Source: a virus. Taken from it: a stretch of 64,000 nucleotides of DNA. A program made the position numbers and the translations under genes. Of the stretch, positions 57,126 through 64,000 are shown one piece after another (positions within the stretch are counted from its first letter, which is position 1; each line of letters starts with the position of its first letter). The stretch covers positions 41,375-105,374 of the IMG/VR virus record IMGVR_UViG_3300043775_002158; one strand, written 5' to 3'. The notes under the pieces are model-generated. The model worked only from the letters and a program-made list of their open reading frames with translations, was not told the origin of the DNA and searched no databases.

Positions 57126-57817
57126 TATGTTGTTGGGTGTCTATTATATTCTTTTTTAGATCCGTAAGTATTTTTTACGACGTTTTCAGTTCTTCTAAGT
57201 ATATCTGTTTTAGAACCAACGGTTCCATTTTCATCTTTAGGTCCTTTACCATTTTCATCACCGTCAGAAATGGCGTCTGGATTTGAACTATTATATTGAT
57301 TTCTCTTATTAAATTTATTTTTAACTAAATTCTCAGTTCTTTTTAATACGTCAGTTCTTGTCCCAACTTCACCAGTTTCACCTAACTGTCCTTTACCTAA
57401 TTCATCACCATTAGAAATCGCATTAGGATTATTAACACCATATTGATTATTTCTACCATACGTGTTTTTACTAATTAATAAATTTCTATTTGCAATATCT
57501 ACAGATGTTCCTATTGCAACATTATCATCTTTTTGACCTCTACCTTTTTCATCTCCGTCAGCTAATGCATTTGGATTTGTTAAACTGTATTGATTATTTT
57601 CGTTATAAGTGTTTCTACCTAAACTTGAAATTCTATTTTGTATATCGGTTGATGATCCAACTTTACCATCATCACCTATTTGACCTTTACCTTTTTCATC
57701 TCCATCAGATAATGAATTTATATTTCTACTATTGTATAGATTTTTTTCGTTATAAGAATTTCTTGTTAAGGATTCTTTTCTAAACTGTTCTGATATTTGA
57801 TCTAATTTTGTTGCCAT
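57125..57817 (-). CDS. repeat protein with four ~49-aa units
   Basis: Unit Y..N.Y...NPNAISDGDEKGKG.......VG..TD...R repeated four times. Confidence 0.8.
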   Translation of the reverse strand: MATKLDQISEQFRKESLTRNSYNEKNLYNSRNINSLSDGDEKGKGQIGDDGKVGSSTDIQNRISSLGRNTYNENNQYSLTNPNALADGDEKGRGQKDDNVAIGTSVDIANRNLLISKNTYGRNNQYGVNNPNAISNGDELGKGQLGETGEVGTRTDVLKRTENLVKNKFNKRNQYNSSNPDAISDGDENGKGPKDENGTVGSKTDILRRTENVVKNTYGSKKEYNRHPTT

Positions 57818-57818
57818 A

Positions 57819-58310
57819 TTATAACATTAATTTTTTTATTCTATTAACTTGTTCAAATAAACCTGTTAATTTTATTGATGCCACTGAATTTTTTTCTGAA
57901 TTAGAATTAAATTTAAATGACGGTAACCAACTTGATTTTTTTGTATGTTTTGTTAAGAAACTATTTTTTCTTTCTCCCGTTGTACTTGAAATATCATCAG
58001 CCTGTTTTCTACCTTCTTTTCTATTTTGAATTAAATCTCTCTCACCCTGAAGATATTGTTTTGACCACGTATCCATTAAATCACCACCAGCCAAGTCATA
58101 CCTAATTTTATCAGCAACTTTATCCATACCTTGTATGTCATGAATAATACGTTTAAGTTGACCATATGTTACTTTTTTATCGGTTAAAAGTTTTTTTGCT
58201 CTCATTACCCCATGCACATTTTGACCGTTAAGACCTGTAACCGTGTGGTTGATCTTATCTAAAATGTTCTGTGGTAAATCAAAGTCCCTATTTTTTAACT
58301 CTTTATTCAT
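57819..58310 (-). CDS. hypothetical protein
   Basis: 163-aa ORF; C-terminal LFEQVNRIKKLM. Confidence 0.75.
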   Translation of the reverse strand: MNKELKNRDFDLPQNILDKINHTVTGLNGQNVHGVMRAKKLLTDKKVTYGQLKRIIHDIQGMDKVADKIRYDLAGGDLMDTWSKQYLQGERDLIQNRKEGRKQADDISSTTGERKNSFLTKHTKKSSWLPSFKFNSNSEKNSVASIKLTGLFEQVNRIKKLML

Positions 58311-59055
58311 TATCGTCTTTAAGTCCTTTCAAAATATGGTCTGGTTTAAGACCATAAGTTTTCATACTATTTTTAAGTGATTTTATTTGTTTTGCAACTA
58401 TTGGGTTTATTTCAACCTCTTCTACTTCCTCTTCTTTTGACAATACATCATTATCTTTTCCTTTTTGTTTTAAAAGATTATCTATGTATTCTTCCATGAA
58501 TTTTTTAGGATTTTCAACTAATCTAACCTTGTCTTCAGGTAAACTTGGGTCATATCCCATTTGTCCTAATCTATCTTCCAATTCCTTCGGATCGGTTACA
58601 CCTAATTCAATGAATTTCTTTTTAGCTTCTTCATAACTTGCGTCGTCCATTATGGTATCTTCTGCACCCAAAGCTTTACTCATATCAGATTCACCCCAAT
58701 ATCTTCTATAACCCATACCTAATCTTGGTGATATTGAAGATTGACCAGCTCCCGTTAATGCAAATTCATCACTAGTAGAATTTGATGTTGTCCCTTTTGA
58801 ATTAAGATTTGCTGGTTTTTTACCTTTAGCAAAATTACCCGCAGCATCTACGATTTCACCCACCTCTTCCTCTTTCTCTACTTTATCAGGGATTTCATCA
58901 TAATCTGTTTTATCGGAGAACTCCTTAGCCCATTTGGACCATTTCTTCTTTTCTTTTTTGGGTTTACCCTTCTCATTCGCCTTAGCGTAGAAGAATCTTT
59001 GTTGTGCTTTTGAAGCAAATTTCTCCTCAATTACCTGTTTTATAAAATTATTCAT
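58303..59055 (-). CDS. hypothetical protein
   Basis: FASKAQQRFFYA motif; late motif upstream. Confidence 0.75.
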   Translation of the reverse strand: MNNFIKQVIEEKFASKAQQRFFYAKANEKGKPKKEKKKWSKWAKEFSDKTDYDEIPDKVEKEEEVGEIVDAAGNFAKGKKPANLNSKGTTSNSTSDEFALTGAGQSSISPRLGMGYRRYWGESDMSKALGAEDTIMDDASYEEAKKKFIELGVTDPKELEDRLGQMGYDPSLPEDKVRLVENPKKFMEEYIDNLLKQKGKDNDVLSKEEEVEEVEINPIVAKQIKSLKNSMKTYGLKPDHILKGLKDDNE

Positions 59056-59108
59056 CTAAATAGACTTTTATATAAATATCAAATGTTATGAAAGATATTT
59101 ATATTATA

Positions 59109-60941
59109 ATGAATAGACAGAATATTTTAAACTATTATGGATCTAAATTGGATTTGAAGTTAGATTCATCGGAACTTTATGACTATCAATTAACCACAAA
59201 TGAGGTTGATTATGATACAGATGTGTTAGATTTATCTACCCCAATCACATATAGTGCTCTTACAATTGACTCAAGTTGTTTAACAACAAATTTAAATGAT
59301 CAGAAACCGTGGGTTGTTCCGGTTGATAGTCGTTACACAGGAGATACTTGTGATTTTACGGTTAGAAGAAGAACTGAAAAGGGTTGGACCTTAGATTTTA
59401 TCTTTAATAGAGATGAGGTTAATTGGTCAGGAGGAACGGTATTTTATTACCTCGGAGTTGATGGTGATAATATCTATACAAATTATTTAGATAATAATTT
59501 ATCATTTCAATTTACAAATGATGGTAGGGTAAAATGGGTTGCTTATCACTATTCAGGATATTGTGCACTAACTGGATACACGGAAACACATAGTCTTTTA
59601 AATGGGCAAACACCTGTATTATGTGTTACGGGAGATACAAGTGATTTTAATTTAACAATAGTTTTCAATAGATATAGAGAGTTAATAGGTTGTGATTTAG
59701 ATAATGTGGGAGGTTTTAATGATCTAATACCAGGACCACATGCGGTTCCATATACAGTCGATCCAACAGGATATACTGCGGTTACTTCAACTCAAATCGT
59801 AACGGGATACACAATTACAAATACACTTGAAGATTGGGTTACGGGTGGAACAATAACAACTGAATATGTGGAGGAATTAAATAGAAAATGGTCGAACGAA
59901 AGAGATAAGAGATTAGGGGATTTGAAATTCTATCTAAATGGTAATTTAATTCATACCGAAACCAATTGGGAAGAAATAATTCCATCTTATAGAGATAATC
60001 AAACAATTATACAATCTTGGGGTGGAGGATATAACTACACTTATTTTGGAAATACATCAAAAACATGTGGGTTCAATATTAAATCGGCTTTATATTATGA
60101 AGAACCATTAGATTTTGTTCATGTTAAACATAACTTTAGAACAAGATTAAATGACTTTGATTTTGAAATATGTAATGCGCCTTGTGTTGATGACGTATAT
60201 CAATACGTTCCACCGACCGCGACTCCCACACCAACACCAAGTCCAACTCCGGTTCCAACCGCGACTCCAACAACTGTACCGACGGTTACACCAACACCGA
60301 CAGGACAACCTACGAATACACCAACCCCATTACCGGCAACAGTTACACCAACACCTGGCCCAACATCAACACCGTTTATAACACCAACACCATATCCATT
60401 TACAACACCTCTACCAAGTGGATTTACATTTGATGCTGACTATATAATCGTTTCATATGCATTTACCGATGGTACTGATTTAGATACGAGAACAAGAATT
60501 AGTAGTCCTAATATCGGTCAAAATAGTGCACAAACATATCTTGGTTGGTGTAGATCTGAATTTTTTCCCGATAATGAAGGAACTCCAATATTAACTTGGA
60601 GTGGTGATAATACGGGACAAGGTTTTGAATCTGTGTTTGTCAATTTAATTAGATTTAAAGAATTATATCCATCTGAGACATCACTTACAATTGAAATGAG
60701 TGCAATGTGGTACGGTACTCTTGGAAGTAATCCTGTTATTATGGATGTAATGATGTATAAAGGTGGTACAATATCATTGGTTCAAGAGGCGTATATGTTT
60801 GCAAATGATGGTTATAGTGGAATTTACGGAGTTGCCTCAACGGGTACAACTATTACAACACAATCTCAAGAATGTTTTAGTCAAGAACTTGTTGCGAAAT
60901 TACAATATAATTTAACAACATATAACGGACAATTCATATAA
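59109..60941 (+). CDS. putative virion fibre/structural protein with PT-rich linker (start reassigned to MNRQ)
   Basis: LamG-like beta domain, (PT)n stalk, C-terminal DLD...WSGDN domain; TATTTATA at 59096-59103. Confidence 0.65.
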   Translation: MNRQNILNYYGSKLDLKLDSSELYDYQLTTNEVDYDTDVLDLSTPITYSALTIDSSCLTTNLNDQKPWVVPVDSRYTGDTCDFTVRRRTEKGWTLDFIFNRDEVNWSGGTVFYYLGVDGDNIYTNYLDNNLSFQFTNDGRVKWVAYHYSGYCALTGYTETHSLLNGQTPVLCVTGDTSDFNLTIVFNRYRELIGCDLDNVGGFNDLIPGPHAVPYTVDPTGYTAVTSTQIVTGYTITNTLEDWVTGGTITTEYVEELNRKWSNERDKRLGDLKFYLNGNLIHTETNWEEIIPSYRDNQTIIQSWGGGYNYTYFGNTSKTCGFNIKSALYYEEPLDFVHVKHNFRTRLNDFDFEICNAPCVDDVYQYVPPTATPTPTPSPTPVPTATPTTVPTVTPTPTGQPTNTPTPLPATVTPTPGPTSTPFITPTPYPFTTPLPSGFTFDADYIIVSYAFTDGTDLDTRTRISSPNIGQNSAQTYLGWCRSEFFPDNEGTPILTWSGDNTGQGFESVFVNLIRFKELYPSETSLTIEMSAMWYGTLGSNPVIMDVMMYKGGTISLVQEAYMFANDGYSGIYGVASTGTTITTQSQECFSQELVAKLQYNLTTYNGQFI

Positions 60942-60957
60942 ACAAAATATTTAAGGT

Positions 60958-61962
60958 ATGTCTTGGCAGATAAACGGTAAATTCATTTTAGTCCCAAAAA
61001 ACCAAACATCCCCACCAACGGGGACACCTACGCCGACGCCGTCAATTACCAATACACCTTTACCAGCTACAAGTACACCAACACCGGTACCAACAGATAC
61101 ACCAACACCAACGCCAACATCTACCCCTGTTCCACCAACTGCCACTCCAACAATTACACCAACACCAACATCTAATATAGTAACTTCAGGTTTGGTTATT
61201 CAACTCGATGCATATGAGAGTTCAAGTTATTCAGGAGGAACAACTGTTTTTGATATTACAGGTGGATATAACCATACATTAATTGGTGCAACTTATACAG
61301 TTCTTAATGGTATAAAATGTTTTGATTGTACAACAGGAAATAATAGAGTTGCGGTAAATGGAACAGGTCCTCTATTACCTAATACAGGATACACATATGT
61401 TACTTGGACAAGATTAATGACAAATAATACTGGATTTAGAACATTACTTTACACAAACTCACCTAGATATACACCAATTACCATTCCTAATGGAACAAAT
61501 ACATTAGGATATTGGGATACTTCCTTTAAGAGTTCAGGATATGATGTAACGTCTTCGGTTGGAGTTTGGGTTCAGTTTGCTGTAGTTGGAACAAATACAT
61601 CACAAACATTCTATATAAATGGTTCACAAGTAGGAAGTACAATCAATACGGGTTCGGGTGGAAATACACATTGGGGATTGGGTAATAATGATGTTGTTGC
61701 TCAACCTTGGGGACATGTTGCCAACATGTATTTTTACAACAGACAATTAAATCTTGCTGAAATAACGGAACAATACAATTATTTGGCACCAAGATTTGTG
61801 GAACCAACTCCAACACCAACCGTTACACCAACAGCAAGTGTTACTCCAACTCCTACAATAACAAATACACCAAGTCCAACTCCGAATGAGTTTGGTATAA
61901 TAACCGAAAACGGTATTTACATAATTTCAGATGAAAATGGAAACATACTAATACCTGAATAA
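60958..61962 (+). CDS. LamG/concanavalin-like fibre protein flanked by PT-rich linkers
   Basis: IVTSGLVIQLDA, FYINGSQV, YNRQLNLAEITEQYN. Confidence 0.8.
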   Translation: MSWQINGKFILVPKNQTSPPTGTPTPTPSITNTPLPATSTPTPVPTDTPTPTPTSTPVPPTATPTITPTPTSNIVTSGLVIQLDAYESSSYSGGTTVFDITGGYNHTLIGATYTVLNGIKCFDCTTGNNRVAVNGTGPLLPNTGYTYVTWTRLMTNNTGFRTLLYTNSPRYTPITIPNGTNTLGYWDTSFKSSGYDVTSSVGVWVQFAVVGTNTSQTFYINGSQVGSTINTGSGGNTHWGLGNNDVVAQPWGHVANMYFYNRQLNLAEITEQYNYLAPRFVEPTPTPTVTPTASVTPTPTITNTPSPTPNEFGIITENGIYIISDENGNILIPE

Positions 61963-61986
61963 AAAATTATAAAAATATAAATAAAA

Positions 61987-62655
61987 ATGGCACTAATAAA
62001 AGTTTCAGAATTAACCAGTACGGGTTCCGTAAAAATTGATGATATATTAATGATATCCTCAACCAGTGGTAGTGGGTACACATCAAATCGAATATCAATT
62101 GAAGACTTGGTATCAAGTCAACCATTTCTTGATTTAGGTTCTTCAGGAACTGCCGGTTCATCGGGGACATCAGGTTCTAACGGTTCTTCGGGTTCGTCAG
62201 GTTCAAACGGTAGTTCAGGGTCATCGGGAACATCAGGTTCTAGTGGTACATCAGGTTCATCAGGAACTAGTCCTGCAAATGTTTTATTAAAAACAACAGG
62301 AACATGGACAGTACCAACCGGTGCTTCTACACAAAGTTTCACCGTAGACATGAACAGCTCATATTCAATGTGGGTAAATGGTAATATTCCTTTTGGTATA
62401 ATTATTTGGAACGCAACCGCAACACTTTCAAATACAAATGTTCCAGTAGTTGGTGCTCAATATGGTTGGTATTATGCAACGGGTAATGCGTTAGTTTTAA
62501 CTTCAATGCCTAACCAATTTACAGGAACAAATGGTAGTATTTTAAATACACCAGGTGATTATGCATCAAATACTTCAAATGTATTTAGTTTTGGTATAAC
62601 AAACAATAGTGGAACATCACAAACAATTAATTACGGTTATATAAAATTATCATAA
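61987..62655 (+). CDS. fibre protein with G-X-S triplet (collagen-like) segment
   Basis: N-terminal IKVSEL; (GSS/GTS/GSN)n. Confidence 0.75.
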   Translation: MALIKVSELTSTGSVKIDDILMISSTSGSGYTSNRISIEDLVSSQPFLDLGSSGTAGSSGTSGSNGSSGSSGSNGSSGSSGTSGSSGTSGSSGTSPANVLLKTTGTWTVPTGASTQSFTVDMNSSYSMWVNGNIPFGIIIWNATATLSNTNVPVVGAQYGWYYATGNALVLTSMPNQFTGTNGSILNTPGDYASNTSNVFSFGITNNSGTSQTINYGYIKLS

Positions 62656-62700
62656 TAATAAAACAAAATAGACAGAAAATAAAAGTATTTATATAACATA

Positions 62701-64000
62701 ATGGCAACAACAAGACCCTTCGCATACAACACAGGATCCACCATAGATGGAACAACACAAATTGGAAACATCGCAATAGGTGTTTCAGATCAAGATTATT
62801 CACAAGATCCAGGTGGGGTTAAATGGTGGATGGGACCTGATGAAGAGTTAGGTTATGTTATTGCAAACGAGGTACCAACAGGAGACCACCCAACACCTGT
62901 CGATGAAGATTCTTATATTAATTTTTGGAGATCAACAGATTTAACCGAACAATCTTTATTAGATTTATTAAACGTTTTACCAATAACAGATGGTTTAGAA
63001 CCATTTACAAATGGTAGTGATGCTAAAACTTGGTTAAATGATAACGGTTATTTTACAACATATGGTGAAGATTTACCAACACCAACCCCTACACCTACTC
63101 CTTTACCGGCAACTAGTACTCCAACTCCGTTACCGGCTACAGCAACACCTACACCTACTCCTTTACCGGCAACTAGTACTCCAACTCCGTTACCGGCTAC
63201 AGCAACACCTACACCTACTCCTTTACCGGCAACTAGTACTCCAACTCCGTTACCGGCTACAGCAACACCTACACCTACACCAACTGATAATTTAGGTGAT
63301 AATTTATTACAAGAGAATGGTGATAGTTTATTACAAGAAAATGGTGATAATATTTTATTAGAATCTACATCAACAACACCAACTCCTACACCAACTCCTA
63401 CGGAGGTTCCACCTACCGACACACCAACACCGGTACCGACAGATACCCCAACACCTACACCAACGGCAACGGAGGTTCCACCTACCGAAACACCAACTCC
63501 TACACCAACGGCAACGGAGATTCCACCTACCGAAACACCAACTCCTACACCAACTCCAACTCCGACAGCAACAAGTACACCTACACCTACAATTGATTTA
63601 AGTGCAGTAACAACTTATACAATTTCGGGATGTAGTAGTTCAAATGTTTTAGTTGTTGATTTAGGACCAGGATTTATAGTTCCTGGAGATGTATTCTATT
63701 TCACATTCACAGGAGCAACACCAAGTGAGTGTTATACCATTGTTAATAAAATTGATACAGCACCTACAGATGGTGGTAACCCAATATCATCTTATTCTAA
63801 TTGTGCGGATTGTATTGATGGGACAACAACAACTTATACAATTTCAGGATGTACTAATTTGAACGTATTAGTTGCTGATTTAGGACCAGGAGCATTCGCT
63901 GCTGGCGACATATACAACATGACATTTACAGGAGCAACTCCAAGTGGATGTTACAGAATTGTCAATAAGATTGTTGATACCCCAACAGACACAGGAGCAC
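62701..64000 (+). CDS. PT-rich fibre-like protein, truncated by the window end (absent from ORF track)
   Basis: [12 protein letters not shown]...KWWMGPDE; PT repeats; LLQENG repeats; repeated TTYTISGC...DLGPG...FTGATPS.CY domains; GTATTTATA upstream. Confidence 0.8.
   Translation, partial: MATTRPFAYNTGSTIDGTTQIGNIAIGVSDQDYSQDPGGVKWWMGPDEELGYVIANEVPTGDHPTPVDEDSYINFWRSTDLTEQSLLDLLNVLPITDGLEPFTNGSDAKTWLNDNGYFTTYGEDLPTPTPTPTPLPATSTPTPLPATATPTPTPLPATSTPTPLPATATPTPTPLPATSTPTPLPATATPTPTPTDNLGDNLLQENGDSLLQENGDNILLESTSTTPTPTPTPTEVPPTDTPTPVPTDTPTPTPTATEVPPTETPTPTPTATEIPPTETPTPTPTPTPTATSTPTPTIDLSAVTTYTISGCSSSNVLVVDLGPGFIVPGDVFYFTFTGATPSECYTIVNKIDTAPTDGGNPISSYSNCADCIDGTTTTYTISGCTNLNVLVADLGPGAFAAGDIYNMTFTGATPSGCYRIVNKIVDTPTDTGA
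63088..63278 (+). repeat. exact 60-bp tandem repeat, ~3.2 copies
   Basis: Sequence lines 63121 and 63181 are identical; encodes [20 protein letters not shown]. Confidence 0.95.

Noticed and set aside
63038-63422. Short repeat ORFs, and a possible CRISPR reading of the 60-bp repeat
   Set aside because: The repeats are contiguous with no unique spacers and lie in frame in the 62701 gene; no CRISPR array or cas gene was seen in the window
1-64000. Stop-codon reassignment as seen in some huge phages
   Set aside because: Core genes are full length under the standard code, TAG and TGA both appear as apparent terminal stops, and no suppressor tRNA was seen

Overview
AT-rich 64 kb segment of a large T4-like (jumbo/huge) phage that most likely infects Bacteroidota. 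The host call rests on TTTG-N19/20-TAnnTTTG promoters, SD-less A-rich leaders, a bS21 with Tyr54, T9SS-tail-like lipoproteins and D(S/T)x glycosylation sequons. In order, the window holds: (1) an RNA island (0.3-7.2 kb) with a candidate SD-bearing sRNA, tmRNA, an ~870-nt ORF-free structured RNA (GOLLD-like candidate), six tRNAs and several structured spacers; (2) a ~13 kb co-oriented cluster (7.3-20.2 kb) of mostly exported or membrane proteins, including two CsgG-like proteins, two cohesin/dockerin-like proteins (one with C-type lectin and LCCL domains), three probable beta-barrels, two lipoproteins, lipase, FeoA and PspC. This looks like a phage-encoded host-surface assembly system and is the most novel element; (3) an RNA-repair module, ClpC, Hsp20, two KTSC proteins and a nucleotidyltransferase; (4) the head module (terminase, portal, antisense bS21, prohead protease, scaffold, major capsid); (5) minus-strand putative head-cargo, baseplate, late-sigma, glycosyltransferase, PhoH and dUTPase genes; (6) Pro/Thr-rich fibre-like genes running off the end. 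A TATTTAT(A) motif sits just upstream of many late genes. All calls come from reading motifs by eye, and no searches were run.
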